Source of the DNA: an uncultured delta proteobacterium
GTDB lineage: Bacteria > Myxococcota_A > UBA9160 > SZUA-336
NCBI GenBank assembly: GCA_963704165.1
Contig: CAVPHD010000006.1
Span: forward strand, 134,911 to 198,910
DNA length: 64,000 nucleotides
Direction: 5' to 3'
Part shown: piece by piece, positions 43,818-54,119 of the stretch
Layout of the letters: each line of letters begins with the position of its first letter
Numbering within the stretch: position 1 is the first letter of the stretch
Notes under the pieces: generated by a model
Seen by the model: only the letters and a program-made list of their open reading frames with translations
Told to the model about the DNA's origin: nothing
Database searches by the model: none
Made by a program: the position numbers and the translations under genes

Positions 43818-44626
43818 CTGGCGTGAGTTCGGAGCCAGTCGATCATTCGCGACCAACCATCCTTCGCCGGCTCGGGCTGGTAGCTCGACCGGTAATCCGC
43901 GTGGAAGGCATGGGGCGCGCCCGGATAGACGACGAACTCCGACGTCGAGCGCGCGGTCGCGAGCGCGGACTTCATCCGCTCGACGGTCTCGAGCGGAATG
44001 CCCTGATCTTCGGATCCGTAGAGCCCGAGCACCGGTGCGCGAAGCTCGGACGCGACGTCGAGCGGATGGCGCGGGTGACGCGGGTCGGTGTCGCCCGTCA
44101 GGCGCCCGTACCACGCGACGCCGGCTCGGAGCCGCGGATTGTGTGCGGCGTAGAGCCAGACGATCCGGCCCCCCCAGCAGAACCCGGTGACACCGATCCG
44201 TTTCGGATCACCTCCGCATTCGTCGACCGCGAACTCGGCGCACGCGTCGAGATCGGAAAGGACCTGCGCGTCCGCAACCTCACCGACGATCGCGAAGAGC
44301 GCCTCGCGGGTCTCGCATTCCCCGGGCTTCCCTTCCCGCGCATAGAGCTCGGGCGCGATCGCGACGTAGCCCGCGTGCGCCGCGCGCCGGCAGACGTCCT
44401 TCAGGTACTCGTCGACGCCGAAGACCTCCTGCACGACGAGCAGGATCGGCCGGCGTCCCGGACCCTCCGGCATCGCGCGATAGGCCGGAAGCTCGCCATC
44501 GCCGACGGGAACCCAGACCTCTCCCGAGACGAGTCCCGTGGATTGCGTGTGCAGCGCGGTGTCGGTCGGCGGCAGCAGTCGCGGATATCCGATCGAGAGC
44601 GATCCGATCCGTCGGGTCTTTGCCAT
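43814..44626 (-). CDS. Dienelactone hydrolase family protein
   Basis: VVQEVFGV, GFCWGG nucleophile elbow, HAFHADYR. Confidence 0.92.
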   Translation of the reverse strand: MAKTRRIGSLSIGYPRLLPPTDTALHTQSTGLVSGEVWVPVGDGELPAYRAMPEGPGRRPILLVVQEVFGVDEYLKDVCRRAAHAGYVAIAPELYAREGKPGECETREALFAIVGEVADAQVLSDLDACAEFAVDECGGDPKRIGVTGFCWGGRIVWLYAAHNPRLRAGVAWYGRLTGDTDPRHPRHPLDVASELRAPVLGLYGSEDQGIPLETVERMKSALATARSTSEFVVYPGAPHAFHADYRSSYQPEPAKDGWSRMIDWLRTHAS

Positions 44627-44676
44627 GCATCCCTCCGTCGCGAGCGATCGATTATGCTCGATCCCGGAGAGACGAA

Positions 44677-45237
44677 GTGAGCTCGATCGTTCTGCGCATC
44701 GCGACGAGCGCGGATCTACCGGCGCTGCACGAGCTGATCCCCGCCTCGGTTCGCGCACTCAGCCGGGGCTACTACACGCCCGAGCAGACCGAGAGCGCGA
44801 TCCGCCACGTCTTCGGCGTCGATACGCAGCTGATCACCGACCGGACCTACTTCGTCGCCACCGCCGATGGTGAGCCGGTCGGCTGCGGCGGCTGGAGCCG
44901 ACGCAGCACGCTCTTCGGTGGCGATCAGATGAAGTCCGGACCCGATCCCCTTCTCGATCCCGGGACCGAGCCCGCGCGCATCCGCGCGTTCTTCGTCCGG
45001 CCGGGATGGGCACGCCGCGGTGTAGGCTCGCGGATCCTGCAGGCGTGCCTCGAAGCGGCACGGCTCGAAGGCTTCCGCTCGCTCGAACTCGCCGCGACGC
45101 TTCCGGGAGAGCCGCTCTATCGCGCTTTCGGCTTCGAAACCCGCGAGCGCCTGGACACGGTTCTGGCCGATGGGGTGAGCGTCCCGTTCATCCGCATGTC
45201 GCGGAGCCTCGAGCGCGGGAGGTCGCCCGGATCGTAA
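44677..45237 (+). CDS. GNAT family N-acetyltransferase
   Basis: VGCGGWS, RAFFVRPGWARRGVG, ATLPGEPLY. Confidence 0.88.
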   Translation: MSSIVLRIATSADLPALHELIPASVRALSRGYYTPEQTESAIRHVFGVDTQLITDRTYFVATADGEPVGCGGWSRRSTLFGGDQMKSGPDPLLDPGTEPARIRAFFVRPGWARRGVGSRILQACLEAARLEGFRSLELAATLPGEPLYRAFGFETRERLDTVLADGVSVPFIRMSRSLERGRSPGS

Positions 45238-45313
45238 CTGCACTCCGAGTGGGCTAGGCTCGGGTTCTACCCGCGCCTCGGATCCCGAGTGCGCCCCTTC
45301 TCCAGGAGTCTAC

Positions 45314-46594
45314 GTGGCATTTACCTCGCTCGGGCTGCACCCGAGCCTTCTCCAGGGCATCAAGGAGCTCGGCTTCTCCCGCCCGACCCCGATTCAAGAA
45401 GAAGCCATCCCACCGGCCCTCGAAGGCCGTGACGTGCTCGCGTGTGCGACCACGGGCAGCGGCAAGACGGCCGCGTTCCTGCTTCCGATCATCCAGCAGC
45501 TGCTGAACCACAAGCGCGGCACCACCTACGCGCTCGTGCTGACGCCGACGCGCGAGCTCGCGGGGCAGATTCTCGAGGATCTCAACGACCTCGCCGTGCA
45601 CACGCCGATCACCGGCGCAGCGGTCTACGGCGGCGTCGGAATGCGCCCGCAGGAGCACGCCTTCCGCAGCGGGGTGTCGGTGATCGTCGCTACGCCCGGG
45701 CGCCTGCTCGACCACTTCCGATCGCCCTACGCGAGCTTGCGCGGCCTCGAGTTCCTCGTCCTCGACGAGGCGGACCGGATGCTCGACATGGGCTTCCTGC
45801 CGGACATCAAGCGGATCCTGAAACACATTCCCGCCCGGCGGCAGACGCTGTTCTTCAGCGCGACCATGCCGCCTCCGATCGCCGCGCTGACACGCGAACT
45901 GCTGCGCGACCCGGCCACGGTCAACCTGGCTCGAAAGGCCGCCCCGGCGATCGGGATCACGCAGGCGGTCTATCCCGTCGCGCAGGATCACAAGGCCTCC
46001 CTCCTGCTCTCGCTGCTCGAGAGCAACGAAATCGAGGACGCGCTCGTCTTCACCCGCACGAAGCACCGCGCCGATCGGCTCGCTCACTTCCTGGTCCAGC
46101 GCAAGATCAAGGCCGAGCGCATCCACGGCAACCGCTCGCAGTCGCAACGAACCGCCGCGCTCGCCGGATTCAAGAGCGGCAAGCACCGCGTGCTCGTCGC
46201 GACCGACATCGCGGCACGCGGAATCGACGTCGAGGCGCTCGGCCACGTCGTGAACTTCGACGTGCCGAAGGTTCCCGAGGACTACATCCACCGCGTCGGC
46301 CGGACCGCCCGAGCCGAGGCGACCGGAGATGCGTTCACCTTCGTCTCGCACGAAGAGGAGGCGGACCTCGCGCGCATCGAGCGCGCGATCGGCAAGCGAC
46401 TGCCGCGCGTGATCGTGCCCGACTTCGACTACGGCCCGCAGGGGATCCCGAGCGTGACGCCTCCGCCGGAGCGGTCGTCGTCGCCGGGACGCGGCCGTTC
46501 CGGGGGCAGCCGCCCCTCGCGCGGAGCTGGAAGTCGGGGCGGAGGCAGCGGCGGCGGCAAGCGCAGCTTCGGTCGGACGCGGCGCCCGCGCTAG
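45314..46594 (+). CDS. rhlE: DEAD-box RNA helicase (RhlE-like)
   Basis: Q-motif PTPIQ, TGSGKT, PTRELA, DEAD, SAT, HRVGRTARA; RG-rich tail. Confidence 0.9.
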   Translation: MAFTSLGLHPSLLQGIKELGFSRPTPIQEEAIPPALEGRDVLACATTGSGKTAAFLLPIIQQLLNHKRGTTYALVLTPTRELAGQILEDLNDLAVHTPITGAAVYGGVGMRPQEHAFRSGVSVIVATPGRLLDHFRSPYASLRGLEFLVLDEADRMLDMGFLPDIKRILKHIPARRQTLFFSATMPPPIAALTRELLRDPATVNLARKAAPAIGITQAVYPVAQDHKASLLLSLLESNEIEDALVFTRTKHRADRLAHFLVQRKIKAERIHGNRSQSQRTAALAGFKSGKHRVLVATDIAARGIDVEALGHVVNFDVPKVPEDYIHRVGRTARAEATGDAFTFVSHEEEADLARIERAIGKRLPRVIVPDFDYGPQGIPSVTPPPERSSSPGRGRSGGSRPSRGAGSRGGGSGGGKRSFGRTRRPR

Positions 46595-47154
46595 GGCTCT
46601 TCCCGGAGCCTCGGCTCGGCGAATTTCTCCGGGTACCGTGCGACCTTGTCCGCGTAGAACGCGCGGATCTGGTCCATGTCCTTCACGACGTCGTCGCTCG
46701 GACGCATCGCTGGACCGAAGCCGCCGCGACGGCGCGCGTAGTCGAGATACCCGAACACGATCGGAACGTCGGCGCTGCGCGCGATGTGGTAGAAGCCCGA
46801 CTTCCAGTGCTCGACCGCGCCGCGCGTGCCCTCCGCGGGTACGACGAGAGCGAGATCCTCTGCGGACTTGAACCGCTCCGCGGCCTGCGCGACCAGATTG
46901 CCGCGCTTGGAACGCACGACGGGAATGCCGCCGACGCTTCGCATCAGCCAGCCGAGCGGGGGCCGGAACAGCGTGTCCTTGCCCATCCACGAGATGCGGA
47001 CGTCGAAGAACTCGGCGAGCGCCAACAGGAAGGCGAGATCCCAGTTCGAGGTGTGCGGCGCGGCGATCAGCACGAAGCGTCGATCCCTGGGCCGCTCGCC
47101 TTCCGGCTTCCAGCCGGACGCAGCCAGGAACGCGCGCGAGAGGAACTTCCGCAA
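46591..47154 (-). CDS. Lysophospholipid acyltransferase family protein
   Basis: APHTSNWD, PAEGTR, WKSGFY. Confidence 0.9.
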   Translation of the reverse strand: MRKFLSRAFLAASGWKPEGERPRDRRFVLIAAPHTSNWDLAFLLALAEFFDVRISWMGKDTLFRPPLGWLMRSVGGIPVVRSKRGNLVAQAAERFKSAEDLALVVPAEGTRGAVEHWKSGFYHIARSADVPIVFGYLDYARRRGGFGPAMRPSDDVVKDMDQIRAFYADKVARYPEKFAEPRLREEP

Positions 47155-47254
47155 AGCGTCTCCTTTTCAGCCCGCAGACTAGCGCGTTCGCACCTGCGGC
47201 ATAGCCGCGCCGGCTAGACTCCGGGCACGTGAGCCCGCGCGAGGAAGCGTTCGA

Positions 47255-47812
47255 TTGCGCTCGATCCTGATTCTCTCCGGCTGCCCGGGCACGGGCAAGA
47301 CGACGATCGCCCGTCGGCTCGCGGAGGCGAGCCCGCGCGGCATCCACCTCGACAGCGATCGCTTCTACGACTTCGTCCCTCACCTGATCTCACCGGTCCG
47401 GCCCGAGTCTCGCGCGCAGAACGAGACCATCGCGGCGGCCGTCGCGCGCGCGGCGGGAGCCTTCGCAGAGGGCGACTACGAGGTCTTCGTCGATGGCGTG
47501 ATCGGACCCTGGATGGTCCCCGTCTGGTCGCGCGCCCTCGCGGACTCGAGCGCGCCGCTGGACTACGTCGTGCTCCGCGCTCCCCTCGACGAGACACTTC
47601 GCCGCTCGACCGCTCGCGCGAAGGACGTGGACGACGAAATCGTGCGCCAGATGCACCGTCAGCTCGCCGACCTCGGCGAACTCGAGCACCACGTCGTCGA
47701 GACCCTGGGACGAACGCCCGAGCAGACCCTCGCCGAGATCGCGCGCCGTCGCGCGCGGGGCGAGCTGCGACTCGAGCCGATCCACCGGGCGCGGGTGATC
47801 GACGCGCCCTAG
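47255..47812 (+). CDS. P-loop (AAA_33-like) kinase
   Basis: ILSGCPGTGKTT; small NMP-kinase-like fold. Confidence 0.8.
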   Translation: MRSILILSGCPGTGKTTIARRLAEASPRGIHLDSDRFYDFVPHLISPVRPESRAQNETIAAAVARAAGAFAEGDYEVFVDGVIGPWMVPVWSRALADSSAPLDYVVLRAPLDETLRRSTARAKDVDDEIVRQMHRQLADLGELEHHVVETLGRTPEQTLAEIARRRARGELRLEPIHRARVIDAP

Positions 47813-47821
47813 CTCGACTCT

Positions 47822-48880
47822 CTACGATCGGGCGGCCGGCTCGGCGGCCTCGATCGGATGGCCCGCCTCCCGCCACGCGCGGATCCCGCCGTCGAGCGCC
47901 GCGGCGCCGAGGAACCCCATCTCGCGCAGCGTCGCTGCGGCGAGCGTCGAGATCTTCCCGAACTCGCAGTACACGATCATGCGCGCGCGCGGATCGGGAA
48001 AGACCTCGTCGGCGCGCAGTTCGAGCTGGCCGCGTGGCACGTGGATCGCGCCCGGAATGTGCCCCGCCGCGAAGGCGTCGGCCTCGCGCACATCGACGAC
48101 GGCGAGCCCGGGCTTCCCGCTCGCGATGCGATCCCGAAGCTCGTCCATTCCCATGAAGGCGATGCGCGACGCCGCGTCCCGAATCAGCTGGTCCACGGTC
48201 TTCCCGCCGCTGATGTTCGTCCGCAGCGCCTCGGTCAGATGATTGGGCATCGACAGATTCAGGTTCGCCATCTGCTCGACGAACGCGCCTCGCTCGGTCT
48301 TCTGCAGACGCGGATTCGTCTCGCGCTCGTGCGCGAGCGTGGCGTTGGGAGTGTTCTTGTAGTTGTGCCCGGGAAAGACGAGCAGGTCGCCGCTCAGCCG
48401 GAGCAGCCGATTGAACAGGCTGTCGAAGAGCGCATCGGCATCGCCGGTCGGCAGGTCCGAGCGCCCGGTCGCGCCGAGCAGAAGCGTGTCGCCCGTGAGG
48501 ACGCGATCCGGCAGGACGATGCAGATCGAGTCCGCGGTGTGCCCCGGCGTGTAGAGCACGCGCAGCCGCAGCTCGCCGACGATCAGCGTCTCGCCGTCGG
48601 CGATGCGCACGTCGATGTACGGCGCCGGCGCGCGCACGTGCATGACGGCCGCGGCGTCGAGACGCGACGCGAGCTCGCGCACGGCCGAGAAGTGGTCGGC
48701 GTGGGTGTGCGTGTCGATCAGATACGCGATCCGGAACCCGCGCAACGTGGCGATCGCCAGGTAGCGGTCGATCTCGTGCAGCTCCGGATCGACGATGGCC
48801 GCCACCCGCGCCCGCTCGCAGCCGATGAAGTAGGCACAGCATCCGCCGTGCCGGACTTCCTCGAAGTACATCCCGGTCAT
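47822..48880 (-). CDS. MBL-fold persulfide dioxygenase (ETHE1-like) fused to rhodanese
   Basis: THTHADH, TPGHT, TGDTL, PGHNY; C-terminal GHIPGA and YCEFGKIS. Confidence 0.85.
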   Translation of the reverse strand: MTGMYFEEVRHGGCCAYFIGCERARVAAIVDPELHEIDRYLAIATLRGFRIAYLIDTHTHADHFSAVRELASRLDAAAVMHVRAPAPYIDVRIADGETLIVGELRLRVLYTPGHTADSICIVLPDRVLTGDTLLLGATGRSDLPTGDADALFDSLFNRLLRLSGDLLVFPGHNYKNTPNATLAHERETNPRLQKTERGAFVEQMANLNLSMPNHLTEALRTNISGGKTVDQLIRDAASRIAFMGMDELRDRIASGKPGLAVVDVREADAFAAGHIPGAIHVPRGQLELRADEVFPDPRARMIVYCEFGKISTLAAATLREMGFLGAAALDGGIRAWREAGHPIEAAEPAARS

Positions 48881-51800
48881 GGGTGAGCCTCCTCCACGGT
48901 GCGAGCGACCGAGGCTCGGCGACCGAGCCGCTCGGCGAGGTTCGCGAACGTCAGGTAGACGGCGGGCACGACGACGAAGGTGAGGACGGTCGAGAATCCG
49001 ACGCCGCCCACGACGGCGATCCCCAGCGGCGCGCGCGATTCGCCACCCGCGCCACTGCCGATCGCGATCGGCAGGATTCCCGCCATGGTCGCGAGCGCCG
49101 TCATCAGGATCGGACGGAAGCGGATGCGCGACGACTCGAAGACGGCTTCGCGCGCGGGCATTCCCTGCTCACGAAGCTGATTTGCGAACTCGACGATCAG
49201 GATCGAGTTCTTCGTCACCAGACCGACGAGCATGACGAGTCCGATCTGGCTGAACAGGTTGAGCGTCGCTCCCACCGCCATCAGCGTGACGAGCGCGCCG
49301 GTGAACGAGAGCGCGACCGCGACCAGGATCGTGATCGGGTGCAGGAAGCTCTCGAACTGCGCCGCGAGCACGAGATACACGGCGACGACCGCGAGCAGGT
49401 AGGCGAAGAGGAGCGCATTCCCCGACGCGTAGAACTGCTCCGACTCGCCCGAGAAGACCGCCTTGTAGCCCTTGCCGGTCGGGAGGACCTCCTTCGCGAC
49501 CGCCTCGAGCTTCTCGAGCACGGTGCCGAGCGCCGCGCCATCGGCGAGGCTGCCGGTGATGGTGGCCGAGCGCACACGGTCGAAGTGCGGAAGCCCGCGC
49601 GGCGAGACCGACTCGCGCACGTCGACGAACGAGGCGAGCGGCATCAGCACGCCCGAGGAGCTCCGCACGTAGGCGCGCAGGACCGAGCGCGGATCGGCAC
49701 GATCCCGCTGGTCGAGCTGGACCATCACCTTGTAGGTCTCTCCGTGGAGCTTGAAGTTCGAGAGCTCCCGTCCGCCGAGCAACGTCTGCAGCGTCGATGC
49801 GATGTCGCGGGCGGATACGCCGAGATCGCTCGCGCGATTCCGGTCGATCGCGACCTCGAGCTGCGGCTTGTTGATCAAGAGGTCCGACTGCAGGTTGACG
49901 AGGCCGGGGATCGCCTCGCCCCGGTGCACGATCTGGTCCGTGTAGCGCGCGACCTCGAAGATGTCGGGACCCTGAACGACGAGGGACACCGCCGCGGATC
50001 GGATGCTCTGCCCGAGCGCATCCGGGCTCACGGGGAACGCCTGTACGCCCGCGATCTGCGCGTAGCTCTGCCGCCACTCCTCGACGACCTGCTGCTGCGT
50101 CCGGTCGCGATCCTCCCAGAGCTTGAGCGAGGTGAACAGGACGCCTTCGTTCACGAGCCCCGGACCGCCCATCCCGAGCGAGACGATCGAGAAGCTGCGC
50201 GCGACCTCGGGCGTCGAGAGGACGATCTTCTCGATCTGTTCCTGGTAGCGAGCGGTGTAGTCGAGCGTGCTCCCCTCGGGAGCACGGATGAACGAGAGCA
50301 CGACGGCGCGATCGGCGGGCGGCACGAATTCGCGCGGGATCACCATCAGCAAGACGAAGCCGAGCCCGACCCAGAGCGCCCCCGCGAGGACGACCAGACC
50401 GGGGTGCGCGAGCACGGGCCGGAGAGTCGCGGCATACGCGCCGGCGATCCGGTCGAAGCCGCGCGCGAGGACCGCCTTGAAACCGTGCTCGGCGGCGTGC
50501 GAGCGCAGCACCCGGGCGCCGAGCGAGGGCGTGAGCGTGATCGCGACGAAACCCGAGATCGCGACGGCGGCCGCGACCGTCACGCCGAACTCGCGGAAGA
50601 GGCGGCCGGTGGTGTCGGTCAGGAACGCCAGGGGAAGGAAGACCGCGACCGTCGCGACCGTCGCCGCGATCACGGCGAACAGGATCTCGTTCATGCCACG
50701 GCGCGCCGCCTCCATGCGCGGCGTCCCCTGTTCGATCCAGCGCGTGATGTTCTCGAGCACCACGATGGCGTCGTCGACGACCAGACCGATCGCGAGCGTC
50801 ATGCCCATGAGCGTCAGCGTGTTGATCGAGAAATCGAGCGCGTAGAGCACCGCGAACGTGCCGACGACCGAGACCGGGATCGCGATCGCGGGGAGGAGCG
50901 TCGCGCGCGCGCTGCGGAGGAACAGGTAGATCACGATCACGACGAGCGCGACCGCCTCGAGGATTCGCAGCCCGACGTCCTCGATCGAGCGCTTGACGAA
51001 GATCGACGAGTCGAACGCGACCTCGGTCGAGACGCCCTCCGGCAGCTGCTCGGCGATTTCTGCGAGCTCTGTCCGCACGGCGTCGGCGACGTCGAGCGTG
51101 TTCGACTTCGACTGCTTGACGACGCCGAGCGCGACCGCAGGGACGCCGTTGAACCGCACGAGCTTCCGCTCGTCCTCCGCGCCGATCTCCGCACGGCCCA
51201 CGTCGCGAAGACGCACGGGACCGGTCGGGGTCTCCGCGAGAATCAGCGCTTCGTACTCCTCCGGCGTCTTCATCTCGCCCGGGGTGCGCACCGTGAACTC
51301 GCGCTCGCTGCCTTCGATCCGCCCGGAGGGGATGTCGACGTTCTCGCGCGCGAGCGCCTTCTCGACGTCTGCGATCGTCAGCGCCTGCCCGGTGAGGCGC
51401 GAGTTGTCGATCCAGATCCGCATCGCGAAGCGGCGCTCGCCCGCGAGCATCACGTCCGCGACGCCGGGAAGCCTCGCCAGACGGTCCTTGATTCGGGTTT
51501 CGGCGAGCGTCGAGAGCTCGATCTGCGTCAGCCCTCCGCCCGAGAGCGAGATCCACTGGATCGGCCGCGCATCGGCGCTGCGCTTGGCGATCACCGGCTC
51601 GTCGACGTCCTGGGGAAGCTGGCTCCGCGCGCGCGCGACCCGGTCGCGGACGTCCGCCGCCGCGGAATCCACGTCGCGGTACAGCTCGAACTCGACGCTG
51701 ATCGCCGAGAACTGCTCGCGCGAGAGCGAGGTGACGTGGCGGATGCCCTCGATTCCGATCAGCTGGTCCTCGAGCACCTGCGTGACCGAGGTTTCGACGA

Positions 51801-51972
51801 CTTCGGGCGCGGCGCCGAGGAAAACCGTGCTGACCGCGACCACCGGCGGATCGACGTCGGGAAGCTCCCGGTTGGGCAGGCGCAGCAACGCGATCGCGCC
51901 CACGATCACGATCGCGAGCGACATCACCGTCGTCAGCACGGGCCGCTCGATGCAGACCTCGGGCAGCCTCAT
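48877..51972 (-). CDS. RND efflux transporter permease (AcrB family)
   Basis: IGLVVDDAIVVLENI, GLVTKNSILIVEFAN, RFRPILMT; 1031 aa. Confidence 0.95.
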   Translation of the reverse strand: MRLPEVCIERPVLTTVMSLAIVIVGAIALLRLPNRELPDVDPPVVAVSTVFLGAAPEVVETSVTQVLEDQLIGIEGIRHVTSLSREQFSAISVEFELYRDVDSAAADVRDRVARARSQLPQDVDEPVIAKRSADARPIQWISLSGGGLTQIELSTLAETRIKDRLARLPGVADVMLAGERRFAMRIWIDNSRLTGQALTIADVEKALARENVDIPSGRIEGSEREFTVRTPGEMKTPEEYEALILAETPTGPVRLRDVGRAEIGAEDERKLVRFNGVPAVALGVVKQSKSNTLDVADAVRTELAEIAEQLPEGVSTEVAFDSSIFVKRSIEDVGLRILEAVALVVIVIYLFLRSARATLLPAIAIPVSVVGTFAVLYALDFSINTLTLMGMTLAIGLVVDDAIVVLENITRWIEQGTPRMEAARRGMNEILFAVIAATVATVAVFLPLAFLTDTTGRLFREFGVTVAAAVAISGFVAITLTPSLGARVLRSHAAEHGFKAVLARGFDRIAGAYAATLRPVLAHPGLVVLAGALWVGLGFVLLMVIPREFVPPADRAVVLSFIRAPEGSTLDYTARYQEQIEKIVLSTPEVARSFSIVSLGMGGPGLVNEGVLFTSLKLWEDRDRTQQQVVEEWRQSYAQIAGVQAFPVSPDALGQSIRSAAVSLVVQGPDIFEVARYTDQIVHRGEAIPGLVNLQSDLLINKPQLEVAIDRNRASDLGVSARDIASTLQTLLGGRELSNFKLHGETYKVMVQLDQRDRADPRSVLRAYVRSSSGVLMPLASFVDVRESVSPRGLPHFDRVRSATITGSLADGAALGTVLEKLEAVAKEVLPTGKGYKAVFSGESEQFYASGNALLFAYLLAVVAVYLVLAAQFESFLHPITILVAVALSFTGALVTLMAVGATLNLFSQIGLVMLVGLVTKNSILIVEFANQLREQGMPAREAVFESSRIRFRPILMTALATMAGILPIAIGSGAGGESRAPLGIAVVGGVGFSTVLTFVVVPAVYLTFANLAERLGRRASVARTVEEAHP

Positions 51973-53039
51973 AGGGGGCGGTCCACCGTCGGCGTCGGCG
52001 GGGTCTTGCTGGCGATCGCGACCTCCGCCCCCTCGGTCACCTTCTGCGTGCCCGCCGACACGATCCGGTCACCGGACTCGAGTCCAGCCGTGATCTCGAC
52101 ACGGGACGCCTTGCGCAGCCCCGTCTCGACCGGCGTCCGAAGCGCCTTGCCGCCGCCGTCGAGCCGCCACACGAATGGCCCCGTCTGATCGACGAGGATC
52201 GCCGAGTCCGGAACGACCACGGCGTTCGCGCGCTCGGAGAGCTCCACCTCGAGGTTCGCGAACAAGCCCGGCTGGAGCTTGTGCTCGGGGTTGGGCACCC
52301 AGGCCTTCAACGTCAGCCTTCGCGTGGTCGCGTCGAGCGTGGGCGAAACGAAGAAGACCTCGCCGTCGAACCGGATCTCGGGGAAGGGCTTCACGGAGAT
52401 CTTCACCGGCATCCCGAGCCGCACGAAGGGCACGCCGATCTCGGGGATCGCGAAGACGAGCTGGAGCCGGTCGATCGCGTCGATGCGCACGAGCTTCGTC
52501 ATGCGCCGAACCCGCTCGCCCGGCGAGACCAGCCGCGCTCCGACCACGCCGTCGAACGGCGCGCGCACCCGCGTCTTCTCGAGCTCGACCTCGCGAAGCT
52601 GCACCTCCGCGCGTGCGACCTCGAGCTCGGCGCTCGCGCGGTCGTACTCGGCCTGTGCGGAGACGCCCTTCTTCGTGAGCGCGCTGATCCGCTCGAAGAC
52701 CTCCGCAGCCAGCTTCGATCGCGCCCTCGCCTCTCGCACGTGTGCGGCCTGCTCGGCGTCGCGCAGGACGAAGAGCACGTCGCCCTTCTTCACGGGCTCG
52801 CCTTCGGTGAAGTCGATCGACTCGATGACACCGTCGATCTCGGGCTGCACCGCGACCGAGGACTCGGAGTCGAGCTGTCCGACGAGCATGATCGTGTCGC
52901 GGAGCGTCTCGGACTCCAGCGTGATCACCTCGACCACCGGCGCCGGCGCCTTGTACCCACTCTGTCCATCGTCCCGTCCGCAAGCGGCGAGCCCGGCCGC
53001 GGACAGAGTCAACACCAGGGGGATCGCAATCCGACGCAT
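51969..53039 (-). CDS. RND efflux periplasmic adaptor (MFP) lipoprotein
   Basis: Lipobox LAAC; EGEPVKKGDVL, RAPFDGVV, LQPGLF. Confidence 0.93.
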   Translation of the reverse strand: MRRIAIPLVLTLSAAGLAACGRDDGQSGYKAPAPVVEVITLESETLRDTIMLVGQLDSESSVAVQPEIDGVIESIDFTEGEPVKKGDVLFVLRDAEQAAHVREARARSKLAAEVFERISALTKKGVSAQAEYDRASAELEVARAEVQLREVELEKTRVRAPFDGVVGARLVSPGERVRRMTKLVRIDAIDRLQLVFAIPEIGVPFVRLGMPVKISVKPFPEIRFDGEVFFVSPTLDATTRRLTLKAWVPNPEHKLQPGLFANLEVELSERANAVVVPDSAILVDQTGPFVWRLDGGGKALRTPVETGLRKASRVEITAGLESGDRIVSAGTQKVTEGAEVAIASKTPPTPTVDRPL

Positions 53040-53089
53040 GGCCGAAGGTTATCAGTTCCCCGCGCCGGCATCCCGGCGGTGCGGCGCGC

Positions 53090-54106
53090 TCAGCGCGGCG
53101 GCAGGGAGATGCGCATGCCGTCCTCCGCGAGCACGACCTGGCCTGCGAACACGTCGGAGACACCTGCAAGAAACAGGCGCCGGGCGACGAAATTGTTCGG
53201 CGAAGGCACGAGGTGCGTGAGGACGAGCTTGGCGACGCCCGCATCGCGTGCGACCTCCGCCGCCTCGACGGGAGTCGCGTGGTAGTCGGGGATGTCGCCC
53301 GCGAGCTTCGCCATCCGCTCGAGCCCGAGCCGCGCGGCGGCGGCCGACCCGCGCCGGACCAGGTCCGCCTGCAAGGCCTCGTGGATCAGCACGTCCGCGG
53401 ACTTCGCGTGCGCGATCAGGCTCGCGCTCTTCGCGGTGTCGCCGGACACGACGAGCGAGCGCCCGGCGAAGTCGAAGCGGTACCCGACCGCGGGCCGCAC
53501 CGGCTCGTGCGTGACGCGGAACATCGTCACCTTCAATCCGTTCCGCTCGAAGACGACCGCGCTCGCGTCGGGCGCCTCGCCGAGCGGAACGACGTGCGCC
53601 TCCGCGCCGGAGGCCGCACGCGACATGTAGCCATCGCCGTGATGGGCGATGCGGTACTCGACGTCGGCCGCGTACGCGCGGCGGAAGCCCTCGACGACCT
53701 CGACGACTCCCTCCGGTCCGTACACGGGAAGCGGCTTCGGCCGGCCCGCGATCCAGCTCTGCGTGATCGCCTCGCCCAGCCCACCGATGTGGTCGGAGTG
53801 GAAGTGCGTGAGCAGCACCGCGGACACGTGACCGAGCGGCAGGTTCGCGAGGTCGAGCACCTCCCACGAGCCCGGTCCGGAGTCGACGATCACGAACTCG
53901 CCCCCCGCGATCACCGCCGTGCACGCGGCCGCGCGGCTCGCATCGGGGAGCGGAGAGCCGCTGCCGCAGATCACGATCTGCAGGTCCGGCGAGGTGAGCA
54001 CCGATGCATCGACCCGGGTGAGATTCCTCTCCAGCTGCGCCTCGAGCCACCGGTCACAACCGAGGAGCGGAACCGCGAGCGCGGCGAGAGCGAGCCAGCG
54101 ATTCAT
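53090..54106 (-). CDS. Exported MBL-fold hydrolase (RNase Z/AtsA-like)
   Basis: Lipobox LLGC; CGSGSP, THFHSDH, SGDT, LIHEA, LTHLVP. Confidence 0.85.
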   Translation of the reverse strand: MNRWLALAALAVPLLGCDRWLEAQLERNLTRVDASVLTSPDLQIVICGSGSPLPDASRAAACTAVIAGGEFVIVDSGPGSWEVLDLANLPLGHVSAVLLTHFHSDHIGGLGEAITQSWIAGRPKPLPVYGPEGVVEVVEGFRRAYAADVEYRIAHHGDGYMSRAASGAEAHVVPLGEAPDASAVVFERNGLKVTMFRVTHEPVRPAVGYRFDFAGRSLVVSGDTAKSASLIAHAKSADVLIHEALQADLVRRGSAAAARLGLERMAKLAGDIPDYHATPVEAAEVARDAGVAKLVLTHLVPSPNNFVARRLFLAGVSDVFAGQVVLAEDGMRISLPPR

Positions 54107-54119
54107 CGACGCACCCCGA

